Shown one piece after another: positions 37,624 through 46,677 of a DNA stretch of 64,000 nucleotides. The notes beneath the pieces were generated by a model. That model worked only from the letters and a program-made list of their open reading frames with translations. It ran no database searches and was not told the DNA's origin. Source of the DNA: Deltaproteobacteria bacterium (lineage in GTDB: Bacteria > Desulfobacterota > Binatia > UTPRO1). The position numbers and the translations under genes are program-made. The stretch is taken from assembly GCA_029262315.1 (NCBI GenBank), contig JAJCZP010000241.1, positions 10,470-74,469 of the forward strand, read 5' to 3'. The number at the start of each line of letters is the position of its first letter. Position 1 is the first letter of the stretch.

Positions 37624-40238
37624 AGAGATTGGGGCAGGAGTTGGGTGGGGGAGTGGTCGTCGCGGCGGTGTTCCTGCTCTCGGGCTTCACTGGATGCATA
37701 GCGACGCTGGACGGAACGCCACATGCTCGGCCGGCACACGAGCAGTCGGTCGTCGAGGACGAGGCGCCCGAGATGGTCGTCGGCTCCGACGCAACCGTAG
37801 TCGAGGGTGTCGATCCGGCGCTTGCCGCGTACGCTGCCAGTACGGTCGAGGCTCCGGCGCCCCAGTCTTCGGAGGTGCCCAGCATCGACGATGCTCCGCT
37901 CGAGTCGACGCTTCGAGTCCACGAGATCGGTCTCAGCAGTCTGGACGGCGAGCAGTCGATCACGATTCACCTGTCGCGTTCGCCGGACGAGCTCGTTCAT
38001 TTTCCGCTCGATGGCCCGAGCCGTGTCGTTGTCGATCTCGATGGGCCGATGTCCGGGAGCAGTTCGCTTGCCAAGTACGAGATCGGAGCGGGCGGTATCG
38101 ATCGAGTCCGGATCGGTGAGCATCCCGCCAAGCTGCGAGTGGTCGCCGATCTGAGCGGTGCGTTCTCGAGCAACTACAGTGTCGAGCAGAGCGGTCGTTC
38201 CGTCGTCGTGACGGTGTCTGGCGAGGGTGAGCCGCGGTCGAACGAGACGGTCTTTCTTGCTCCGGGGGTCCTTCCCGCAACGCTTCGACCGACACCGCAG
38301 AACGAGATCGTCGTCTCCGAGGTTGCCGAGCCGGTGATCGACGACCGTCCTAGTGCCGGCACGGATGGTGACGAGCTGGGGGATTTCGCGCCGCAGCCCG
38401 ATGCTGCCGCTTTGACCGCTCCATCCGCGCCGACGGTGGTGGCTGAGTACGAGCCCACCCAGGCCGACGATGTTGCTGTTGCGGAGGTCGAGCCCACTGT
38501 GTTCGACGATGCCGAGGCTGACGCTGACGAGCCGGTGGCAAATGATGACGAAGTCGTCCTTGCCGAGGCCTCTGATTCACAGCCGGAGATTCAAGTAGCC
38601 GACATCCGAGAGATCGGGACAGAGGCGGAGGATCTTTCCGCCATCGATCACGTCTACGAGATTTCCGATGAAGCGCTCGCCGAGGCCATCGAGGCTCGGA
38701 TGAAGGAAGAGGCGCTCGAAACCGCGACCGCAGAGCCGGATGCGGCCGAGCTTCCTGAGCCGGAGACGGCCGAACCATGGACGGAGCCGAAGACTGTCGC
38801 TGCGGCTCGGGAGCCAACGTACGCGCTGCCCATGCAATCGGGTTCTCGCGATGAATTCACCGGCCAGCGGATCTCGCTCGATTTCAAAGATGCGGACATT
38901 CAGAACGTGCTGCGAATCCTCGCCGACGTCAGCGATCTCAATATCATCACCACCGAGGACGTCGACGGTCGGCTGACGATTCGCCTCGTCAACGTGCCGT
39001 GGGATCAGGCGCTCGACTCGATTCTGAAGGCGCAAGGACTCGACAAGGTGCGCGATGGCAACATCGTGCGCATCTCCACCGTTGGAAGGCTGAAAGAGGA
39101 GCGCGATGCACAGCGCGCGGCCGACGAGGCGCAGAAGCAGGCCGAGCCGCTCCGCGTACGGTACATCCGTGTGAACTACGCCAAGGCGGATGAGGAGCTG
39201 GTCAAGAAGATCCAGGAGGTCCTGACCGAGCGCGGTACTGCCACGTGGGATGCGCGCACGAACACCATTGTCGTACGCGACATCGCGCGCGGCGTTGCCA
39301 GTGCCGAGGAGCTCATCACTGAGTTCGACACGCAGACCCCACAGGTGCTGATCGAGGCCAACATCGTCGAGGCCACCGAGACGTTCGCCCGCGATCTTGG
39401 CGTGCAGTGGGGCTACACGTACAACGCAAGCCCCGAGATCGGGAACTCGAGCGGCAACAACTTTCCTGGTCGTGTCGGCGCTGGCGGTATCCTCGCCGGT
39501 GGCGAGAATTCACCCGCTTCGGTGGTCCCGTTCATCGCGGATTTTCCCGCGGCGAGCGTCGCGCCGGGTGCGGGTGCGGCGTACGACCTGTTGCTGGGGT
39601 CGCTCGACGGGTCACATAGCCTGAACGCGCGCCTCACCGCCCTCGAGCGACAGGGCAAAGGTAAGATCATTTCGCGTCCCCGCGTCGTCACACTCAACAA
39701 CGTGGCGGCCAAGATCGAGAGTCTCGAGATCCTACGCGTCAAGCTTCCGAGCACCGGCACCGTCATCAGCACGGGTGCCGGCGGCGCGGCGGGCTCGTCG
39801 CAGAACGCGACCGAGCAGATTCGGACCGGTATCACGCTCGACGTGACGCCCCAGGTCTCGTCGGACGGCTACATCTTTCTCGACGTGTACGCCAAGTCGA
39901 GTACCTTGCAGGATCCGACACAGTCCCGCGCCCCCTCGCCGGATGGAATTCCGAACGAGGTGAGTCGTGAGGCCGAGTCGCACGTCCTGATCAAGGACGG
40001 TGAGACGTTCGTGCTGGGAGGCGTGTTTCGGAACATCCTCGATACCAACGAGCGCGGATTGCCGTTCCTGAGCCAGATTCCGGTGATTGGCTGGGCCTTC
40101 AAGAACAAGCTCGATATCGACCAGCGGCAGGAACTCCTGGTGTTCGTCACGCCCCGCGCGGTCCAAGCCCGTGGAGCGGAGAACCTGGCGAGTTTGCCGT
40201 CCGCAGAAAGCCTGTGGCAGAATCGTGAAAATCCCTGA
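37620..40238 (+). CDS. pilQ: Type IV pilus secretin PilQ, with one AMIN domain, a long acidic linker, N0/N1 domains and the secretin domain.
   Basis: ISLDFKDADIQNVLRILADVSDLNIITTEDV (N0), and secretin core GITLDVTPQVSSDGYIFLDV...FVLGGVF...LPFLSQIPVIGWAF. The N-terminal LLSGFTGC is lipobox-like. Confidence 0.92.
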   Translation: MKRLGQELGGGVVVAAVFLLSGFTGCIATLDGTPHARPAHEQSVVEDEAPEMVVGSDATVVEGVDPALAAYAASTVEAPAPQSSEVPSIDDAPLESTLRVHEIGLSSLDGEQSITIHLSRSPDELVHFPLDGPSRVVVDLDGPMSGSSSLAKYEIGAGGIDRVRIGEHPAKLRVVADLSGAFSSNYSVEQSGRSVVVTVSGEGEPRSNETVFLAPGVLPATLRPTPQNEIVVSEVAEPVIDDRPSAGTDGDELGDFAPQPDAAALTAPSAPTVVAEYEPTQADDVAVAEVEPTVFDDAEADADEPVANDDEVVLAEASDSQPEIQVADIREIGTEAEDLSAIDHVYEISDEALAEAIEARMKEEALETATAEPDAAELPEPETAEPWTEPKTVAAAREPTYALPMQSGSRDEFTGQRISLDFKDADIQNVLRILADVSDLNIITTEDVDGRLTIRLVNVPWDQALDSILKAQGLDKVRDGNIVRISTVGRLKEERDAQRAADEAQKQAEPLRVRYIRVNYAKADEELVKKIQEVLTERGTATWDARTNTIVVRDIARGVASAEELITEFDTQTPQVLIEANIVEATETFARDLGVQWGYTYNASPEIGNSSGNNFPGRVGAGGILAGGENSPASVVPFIADFPAASVAPGAGAAYDLLLGSLDGSHSLNARLTALERQGKGKIISRPRVVTLNNVAAKIESLEILRVKLPSTGTVISTGAGGAAGSSQNATEQIRTGITLDVTPQVSSDGYIFLDVYAKSSTLQDPTQSRAPSPDGIPNEVSREAESHVLIKDGETFVLGGVFRNILDTNERGLPFLSQIPVIGWAFKNKLDIDQRQELLVFVTPRAVQARGAENLASLPSAESLWQNRENP

Positions 40239-40295
40239 AACCATCGGCGTCACCTTGCCAATCCCCGGCGCCGGCAGATTCCGGAGTAATCACGA

Positions 40296-41459
40296 ATGCT
40301 GCGTTTTCTCACCGCCGGTGAATCCCACGGCCCATGCTTAACTGCCGTCATAGAGGGCTGTCCGGCCGGGTTCGCCTTGGACCTGGCCACAGCCAACGAG
40401 GACATGCGGCGCCGCATGCTCGGCTACGGCCGGGGCGGCCGTATGAAGATCGAACAGGACACGATCGAGATCCGCTCCGGGATTCGCTTCGGCGAAACGC
40501 TCGGGTCGCCGATCACGTTCGTGGTGGCGAACCGCGATTGGAAGAACTGGGAAAAGAAGATGTCCGCCTTTCCGGAGGACCGCGATCCGGCGCTGGCTGT
40601 GACGCGGCCCCGCCCCGGACACGCGGATCTCGCGGGCGCGCTCAAGTACCATCACGACGACGTCCGGAACATCCTGGAGCGTGCCAGCGCACGGGAGACT
40701 GCCGCGCGCGTGGCGGTTGGTGCGCTAGCGAAAGCGCTTCTTGCGCCGTTCGACATCCAGGTGCGGGGATGGGTCTCCGAGATCGGTGGGATCGTTGCCG
40801 ATCATACGGGGAAGAGCGTGGACGCGATCTTCGAGGCATCGGAGCGCTCCGAGACGCGGATGGCGGATCCGGAGGCGGAAAAGAAGATCATCACCTACAT
40901 CGACGAGTGCAAGAGTCGGGGCGATACGCTCGGAGGAGTCGTGGAGGTCGTGGCGACGGGGCTTCCACCGGGAATTGGCAGCCACGTCCATTGGGATCGG
41001 AAGCTCGACGGGCGGCTCGGACATGCGCTGTTGGGTTTGCAGGCCGTGAAGGGTGTGGAGATTGGGCTTGGGTTCGAGACCGCACGGCGGCCGGGGTCCC
41101 AGGTGCACGACGAGATCTATTTCGACGAGGGGACGCAGGCGTTCACGCGGAAGACGAACAACGCGGGGGGAACCGAGGGCGGCATGACGTCCGGTGCCCC
41201 GCTCGTGGTGCGCGTGGCACTCAAGCCGCTTTCGACGCTCATGAAGCCGTTGCATTCGGTCGATCTCAAGACCAAGGCGGAAGCGAAGGGTGCGATCGAG
41301 CGCTCCGACGTCTGTGCGATTCCAGCGGCGGCAGTGATCGTCGAGGCGATTGTCGCGTTCGTCTTGGCGGACGCGTTTCTCGAGAAGTTCGGCGGCGACT
41401 CGTTGGTCGAGATCGAGCGCAACTACAAGGGCTACCTCAAACAGGTTCAGACAGCCTGA
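40296..41459 (+). CDS. aroC: Chorismate synthase.
   Basis: MLRFLTAGESHGPCL, RPGHAD, and GGMTSGAPLV motifs. Confidence 0.95.
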   Translation: MLRFLTAGESHGPCLTAVIEGCPAGFALDLATANEDMRRRMLGYGRGGRMKIEQDTIEIRSGIRFGETLGSPITFVVANRDWKNWEKKMSAFPEDRDPALAVTRPRPGHADLAGALKYHHDDVRNILERASARETAARVAVGALAKALLAPFDIQVRGWVSEIGGIVADHTGKSVDAIFEASERSETRMADPEAEKKIITYIDECKSRGDTLGGVVEVVATGLPPGIGSHVHWDRKLDGRLGHALLGLQAVKGVEIGLGFETARRPGSQVHDEIYFDEGTQAFTRKTNNAGGTEGGMTSGAPLVVRVALKPLSTLMKPLHSVDLKTKAEAKGAIERSDVCAIPAAAVIVEAIVAFVLADAFLEKFGGDSLVEIERNYKGYLKQVQTA

Positions 41460-41462
41460 CCC

Positions 41463-43073
41463 ATGCGCACGATCGTGCTCATGGGGTTCATGGGGACCGG
41501 CAAGAGCGAGGTGGGTCGTCGGCTGGCGCGTCGGCTCGGGCGCGACTTCTTCGATACCGATCGTCTGATCGAGGAGCGCGCGGGCAAGAGCGTGTCGTCG
41601 ATCTTCGCGGAGGACGGTGAGGTGACGTTTCGGGCCATGGAGACTGACGTCGTCCGCGACGTCGCGATGCGCGCGGAGGCGGTGATTGCCGTCGGCGGTG
41701 GCGTCGTGGTGAATCCCGTGAATACCCGCACGCTCCGCAATGCCGGCAGCTTGATGGTGCACCTTACGGCGGATCTCGAGACGATCCTGAGCCGTGTTGG
41801 CGACGCGAACGATCGACCATTGTTGGGCAGTGATCCGCGCGCGACAATCACGCGCTTGCAAGCGGAGCGCGGGCCCATCTATGCGGCCGCGGCCGATGCG
41901 ACGGTCGATACCTCGGGTCGTCCTGCCGACGACATCGTCGATGAGATTCGTGTGCTTGCTGAGCGCCACGCGACACCGCGTCCCGGGGACACTGGTCCGG
42001 CCGTCGTCGAGGTCGATCTCGGCGACCGCACCTACGCGATCCATGTCGGTGCCGCGTGCTTGGACGAGCTGGGTCGCCGCGTGGCCGAGACCGGGTGCGG
42101 GGCGCGTGTGGCCGTCGTGACGACGGAGACCGTGGCCGGGCTGTATCTCGAGTCCGCTTTGACGTCGCTTCGATCGGCGGGCTTCGACCCTGCGGTCATT
42201 TGCATTCCAGACGGCGAAGAGCAGAAGAACATTTCCCAGTTGGCGCGCATCTACGACGAGCTCATTGCTGCCGGTGTGGATCGCGGCGGCGCGGTCGTCG
42301 CGCTTGGCGGTGGAGTGCTCGGCGATCTCAGTGGGTTCGCCGCCGCGACCTATCTGCGCGGGATAGCCTGCGTGCAGGTGCCGACGACCTTGGTGGCGCA
42401 AGTCGACTCGAGCGTCGGTGGAAAGACCGGGATCAATCACCCCGCGGGTAAGAACCTGATCGGCGCCTTCTCGCAGCCGCGTTTTGTGCTTGCCGATGTC
42501 GACTGTCTGCGCAGTTTGCCTGCTCGCGAGTATCGGGCCGGGCTCGCCGAGGTCATCAAGTACGGGGTCATCCTCGATGCGAAGCTGTTCGAGCTGCTGG
42601 AGCGGGAACGCGCAGCCGTGGAGCGCCTCGATCGGGACGTGCTCATCGAGATCGTCCAGACGTCCTGTCGACTCAAAGCCGATGTCGTCGCGCAGGATGA
42701 GCGCGAGGGCGGGCTTCGAGCCGTTCTGAACTTCGGCCACACGCTTGGCCACGCCATCGAAAACTTGACTGGATACACGACGTTCCTGCACGGCGAAGCG
42801 GTTGCCATCGGCATGGTCGCGGCAGCGCGCCTGTCGCAGAGCCTCGGACGCTGTTCGGAGGAGACAAGCACTCGCATTCACCACCTGATCGAGCGCTATG
42901 GCTTGCCAACGACGATCCCCGAGGACCTGAGCGATGCGTCGCTCGCGCAGGCAATGCAGACCGACAAGAAGGCGCGCGGTGGCACCATCAACTTCGTGTG
43001 CACCGATGGCATTGGAAGTCACAGCTTTCAGCGGCTGAGTGCCGAGGAGATCGTGCGGCATATACGGGGTTGA
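41463..43073 (+). CDS. aroKB: Bifunctional shikimate kinase / 3-dehydroquinate synthase (AroK-AroB fusion).
   Basis: The N-terminal ~170 aa carry the P-loop GFMGTGKSEVGRRLA. The C-terminal ~360 aa carry GGGVLGDLSGFAAATYLRGIACVQVPTTLVAQVDSSVGGKTGIN and HGEAVAIGM. Confidence 0.92.
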   Translation: MRTIVLMGFMGTGKSEVGRRLARRLGRDFFDTDRLIEERAGKSVSSIFAEDGEVTFRAMETDVVRDVAMRAEAVIAVGGGVVVNPVNTRTLRNAGSLMVHLTADLETILSRVGDANDRPLLGSDPRATITRLQAERGPIYAAAADATVDTSGRPADDIVDEIRVLAERHATPRPGDTGPAVVEVDLGDRTYAIHVGAACLDELGRRVAETGCGARVAVVTTETVAGLYLESALTSLRSAGFDPAVICIPDGEEQKNISQLARIYDELIAAGVDRGGAVVALGGGVLGDLSGFAAATYLRGIACVQVPTTLVAQVDSSVGGKTGINHPAGKNLIGAFSQPRFVLADVDCLRSLPAREYRAGLAEVIKYGVILDAKLFELLERERAAVERLDRDVLIEIVQTSCRLKADVVAQDEREGGLRAVLNFGHTLGHAIENLTGYTTFLHGEAVAIGMVAAARLSQSLGRCSEETSTRIHHLIERYGLPTTIPEDLSDASLAQAMQTDKKARGGTINFVCTDGIGSHSFQRLSAEEIVRHIRG

Positions 43074-43233
43074 TGATGGACGGAGGCTCGGTTGCTGGCT
43101 GCCGACGGCGGTCATGAGCAGCGGGTGGAGGAGTTCCGCGAGCGGCTTTCGTGGGACGGCGCTCACCAGAACGCGGCGCACGGTGCCGCGGTGACGGGGG
43201 CGAATGGATGATGGACGGACGGGAGGACGAGGT

Positions 43234-43836
43234 ATGAGACGAGTTCTGGTAGTGGCGGTGGCGTGTGTTGCGCTGGTGGGTTGCGGCGGTGGCGGCGGGT
43301 CGAACGATCAGGGCGTGTCGTTTCGTGCGCTCGGGGTCTTTCAGGAATCAGTCGAGCAGTTCGCCCCAGCATCGGATACGTTCCCGAACAATGACGAGGC
43401 GGTCGGTGACACGGGTCGTGCCATCGTGCTCGAAACGACGCTGTTCGTTCCGAACGATCTCAACGGCGATGGTGATCTGGACGGTGGCTTCATCGGCGTT
43501 CGCAATGATCTCGTGTTTCAAGATCTGAACGTCCAGGGAGTACAGATCGAGATCTGGATTCCCGGAGCCTTGTTCAACCCGGTGGTCACCGACTTTGCTC
43601 CGATGTCGATCAACCTGACGCCTCCGCCGACGGGGGACGATGACTCGGGTGGAAACATCAGCTACGCGCAGACGATCTTCGTTTCGCCCGACGTGATTGC
43701 ATTCCTGAACCAGAATCCAGGCCTCCTCCCGCCGCGTCCTTTTGACATGAACGTCGTGATGCGTGTCGAGGCGATCAGCGATAGCGGAGACTTCTTTGGG
43801 TCGAACGAGTTCACTTACAGCGTAGGTGTCTTCTAG
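43234..43836 (+). CDS. Hypothetical lipoprotein.
   Basis: SD GGAGGA upstream. Lipobox VALVGC followed by a Gly-rich tether. No recognisable domain. Confidence 0.6.
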   Translation: MRRVLVVAVACVALVGCGGGGGSNDQGVSFRALGVFQESVEQFAPASDTFPNNDEAVGDTGRAIVLETTLFVPNDLNGDGDLDGGFIGVRNDLVFQDLNVQGVQIEIWIPGALFNPVVTDFAPMSINLTPPPTGDDDSGGNISYAQTIFVSPDVIAFLNQNPGLLPPRPFDMNVVMRVEAISDSGDFFGSNEFTYSVGVF

Positions 43837-43847
43837 TGGGGGGGCGG

Positions 43848-45059
43848 ATGATGAGCACGAGACAACCAAGACAAATGTACCGATGGGGCGCCACAGCCGT
43901 AGCCATGGTTGCGCTGGCCGCTGTTGCCGCCGCATGTGGTGGGACTGGTGGTGGAGGTGGTCAGAAAGGCAATCCCGCTGACCAATTCTTCCTGAGCAAC
44001 GGCAGCAACCGTGGCAGCCTGGTCGTCAACGTCAATCCCAACGAAGTCGACGCCAACAAGTCGGATCGTTTGGGTGTCGTGGCGACGCTTTCGGACGCCA
44101 CCGGTGCACCGGTCCCGGGCGTGACGATTCAGTTCACGGCCGACATCGATGACATCCGTTTCATCGGCAGCAACTTCTTTACCGAAGACGGGCCCATCGA
44201 CTCGATCGGGTTTGCGACCACCGATGCCAACGGGAACGCTGACATCATTGCCGTGGCCGGCAGTACGCCGACCGCGACAGGTGGCTTTCTCGGGACGGGG
44301 GTGATTTTCGCCCAGGCGCCGCCGGCGTTCTTTCTCGCCGCCGGCATCTCGGTCACATTGACCGACGTTGGGTTCATCGACTCCGATGTCCTCGCCGTGA
44401 TCCCGTCCGAGGTGACGCTGGTAGAGCCGTCGATCGGGTCGGTCGTGTTCTTCAATCTCATCGGCGGGACGCCACCGTACATCCTCAAGAACGAGGCGAG
44501 TGGTGCCGGCGTCGCGACCCTCAGTCAGCATTGCGTTCCCGGGTGTACCGAGAACGGCGGCGGGCTCTGCATCGGGAGTCCATGTCAGACAGACGGGGAT
44601 TGCAACATCGATGGCTCACCGTTGCCCGAGGATGTGTGCATCGGCGCGATCAAGCGTTGTCTCGCGAGTTGCGAGGGCTCCAATTGCGGCGGCTCGCGCT
44701 GTGACACCGATGCGGATTGCAACGACGGTTCGCCGACACCGGCGAACGTGTGCAAGGATTCCGGGCAGTCAGTCGTGTACACGGTCCTGGGCGATAACTT
44801 CAGTGGCACCGATACCTTCATCGTCGAGGATTCAGCCGCCGAAGCGATTACCGTTTCGGTGACCTTCGAATTCACGTGCGGGAACGGCACGCGTCGTGGT
44901 GGGGAGCAGTGCGACCTCACCGACGGCCTCGACGAGGTGTCCTGCACCGAGCTCGGCTTCTTCGGCGGGATTCTTACCTGCAGCGACGAGTGTGAGTTCG
45001 ACGTGCAGAATTGCCTCACCGAAGAGCCCGCGCCGCCGATGGCGCCCTTGCAGTTCTGA
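43848..45059 (+). CDS. Surface lipoprotein with Ig-like (Big_1 / He_PIG-type) domains and cysteine-rich repeats.
   Basis: Lipobox AVAAAC. GVVATLSDATGAPVPGVTIQFTA (Big_1-like). GGTPPY motif. Two copies of C-x-TD-x-DCN-x-DGSP-x-P-x2-VC. C-terminal CGNGTRRGGEQCD... resembles the Myxococcus cysteine-rich repeat. Confidence 0.65.
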   Translation: MMSTRQPRQMYRWGATAVAMVALAAVAAACGGTGGGGGQKGNPADQFFLSNGSNRGSLVVNVNPNEVDANKSDRLGVVATLSDATGAPVPGVTIQFTADIDDIRFIGSNFFTEDGPIDSIGFATTDANGNADIIAVAGSTPTATGGFLGTGVIFAQAPPAFFLAAGISVTLTDVGFIDSDVLAVIPSEVTLVEPSIGSVVFFNLIGGTPPYILKNEASGAGVATLSQHCVPGCTENGGGLCIGSPCQTDGDCNIDGSPLPEDVCIGAIKRCLASCEGSNCGGSRCDTDADCNDGSPTPANVCKDSGQSVVYTVLGDNFSGTDTFIVEDSAAEAITVSVTFEFTCGNGTRRGGEQCDLTDGLDEVSCTELGFFGGILTCSDECEFDVQNCLTEEPAPPMAPLQF

Positions 45060-45130
45060 GAAACGCTCGTCCGTGGGGGGTCGCGCCTGGCGCGCGGCCC
45101 CCTGCCCTCCTTTCCCCACGACACCGTATC

Positions 45131-45159
45131 TTGACCCACGGGCGGTGCGGCCCTAAGAC
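45131..45159 (+). promoter_or_regulatory. Candidate sigma70-type promoter for aroQ; the transcript would be near-leaderless.
   Basis: TTGACC (45131-45136), 17 nt, TAAGAC (45154-45159). The ATG lies at 45169. Confidence 0.3.
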
Positions 45160-45168
45160 GGATCGATC

Positions 45169-45705
45169 ATGAGTTCGCGAGGCGTTCAAGATGCCCGGCC
45201 GCGCGGCAAGACGGTGCTGGTGCTGCATGGGCCGAACCTGAACATGCTGGGCGTGCGTGAGCCCGAGGTCTACGGGGCCGTGACGCTCGATCAGATCAAC
45301 GAGCAGCTGGCCACGCTTGCCGCGGAGCTCGGCGTCGATCTCGAGGTCTTTCAGTCCAATCACGAGGGCGAGCTCGTCGAGCGTATCCAGGGGGCCGTGG
45401 GAGCCGCCGGCCCGGTGCACGCGATCGTCATCAACCCGGCGGCGTACACGCATACCAGCGTCGCTCTGCGCGACGCCCTGCTGGCCGTCGGCCTCCCGAT
45501 CGTCGAGGTGCATCTCTCGAACCTGGCGCGTCGTGAGGAATTCCGACATCGCTCGCTGATCGGCGATGTCGCCGTCGGCTCCATTTCGGGCTTCGGAGTC
45601 GAGAGCTACCTGCTGGGTTTGCGGGCGGCTGTCAGGGTGATCACCACGTCACGGGGGCGCTCCCTGCGGACGCGTCGTCCGCAGAAGACGCGCCGCCCGG
45701 CGTGA
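45169..45705 (+). CDS. aroQ: Type II 3-dehydroquinate dehydratase.
   Basis: [28 protein letters not shown] and [16 protein letters not shown] motifs. It has a basic C-terminal tail of about 25 aa. Confidence 0.93.
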   Translation: MSSRGVQDARPRGKTVLVLHGPNLNMLGVREPEVYGAVTLDQINEQLATLAAELGVDLEVFQSNHEGELVERIQGAVGAAGPVHAIVINPAAYTHTSVALRDALLAVGLPIVEVHLSNLARREEFRHRSLIGDVAVGSISGFGVESYLLGLRAAVRVITTSRGRSLRTRRPQKTRRPA

Positions 45706-46667
45706 CCCGGCGCCCACGCCTCGTCTTGCTCGCCCTTTGTGTTGTCGCGCTGGCGTCGGCGTGTGAGCGGAACGGCGGGCCGCCCCGATTGGAGGTCTCC
45801 CCGGCCGAGTACGTGCGCGGTGTCGAGAGTGCTCCGGGCGGGGATGCCCGTGCGGGTGTCGGTGCGCGCTTTCGGATTCGGAATGGTGGCCAGGGTCCTC
45901 TGCAGCTGCGGGCCCTCGTGAGCGATTGTGCGTGTCACGCGGCGATCGTCGGTCCCGATGTGGTCGGCTCGAATGAGGAAGTAACGATTGCCGCTCGGTG
46001 TCGCCCCGTTCCCGGCGCCGGGGACCATCGTCAGCTGCGCGTGCACTCGAACGATCCGGACCATCCCACGCATACGCTCGCCGTTCGCGTGGCCGGGGGT
46101 GATCCCGTAGCACGGCCTGCCGCACTTTCGTTCGGATACGTCCAGGTGGGTCGCGAGGTCGCGCGCGAGATTCTCGTGCCGGATGCCCCGCCTCTGGTGC
46201 GATTGAAAAGCGGTGCGGACGCCTTTTCGCTCGTGCCCGGCGCGGTTGGGCGGGACGGCTCCAGAACATATCGGGTGCGTTTCGCACCCCAACGGCCCGG
46301 GGTGTCGCGCGCGGTGCTCGCGCGCGGTGCCGGCGCAGTGCCGATCGCGGTTTCCGGCGTTGGATTCGAAGATCTCGCGGCCTTTCCCGCCGAGGTGCGG
46401 ACGCCGAGCGCCGTCGCCGAAGACCTTCCCCAGCTCTTTCTCAAGAACGTGACCGGGACTCCCCTCGAGGTCACGCGCATCGACTACCCGCCGGGTATCG
46501 CTGGCGAGCTGCAGACGATCGTCGCCGGCGAAGAGTTTCGCGTACGGCTTCGGAGTGTCGGTCCTCCGAGAAACGTGTCGCCAGGCGCGATCCTGGTGCA
46601 CACGAACGCGTCGGACGCGCCGAGCGTCGTCGTCCCGGTGATCCACACTACTGCCCCGAGGGCCTGA
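45702..46667 (+). CDS. DUF1573 (ASH/PapD-like) domain lipoprotein.
   Basis: The GTG start overlaps the aroQ stop (GTGA). Lipobox [31 protein letters not shown] matches the DUF1573 C-x-C motif. Confidence 0.65.
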   Translation: MTRRPRLVLLALCVVALASACERNGGPPRLEVSPAEYVRGVESAPGGDARAGVGARFRIRNGGQGPLQLRALVSDCACHAAIVGPDVVGSNEEVTIAARCRPVPGAGDHRQLRVHSNDPDHPTHTLAVRVAGGDPVARPAALSFGYVQVGREVAREILVPDAPPLVRLKSGADAFSLVPGAVGRDGSRTYRVRFAPQRPGVSRAVLARGAGAVPIAVSGVGFEDLAAFPAEVRTPSAVAEDLPQLFLKNVTGTPLEVTRIDYPPGIAGELQTIVAGEEFRVRLRSVGPPRNVSPGAILVHTNASDAPSVVVPVIHTTAPRA

Positions 46668-46677
46668 GGAGTCGCTG

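Noticed and set aside
40725-43181. An 818-aa ORF on the minus strand, the longest unassigned ORF in the track.
   Set aside because: It lies entirely antisense to aroC and aroKB, which have unmistakable motifs. Its product is Arg/Asp/His/Pro-rich with no hydrophobic core pattern. This is a typical stop-codon-poor antisense frame in GC-rich DNA.
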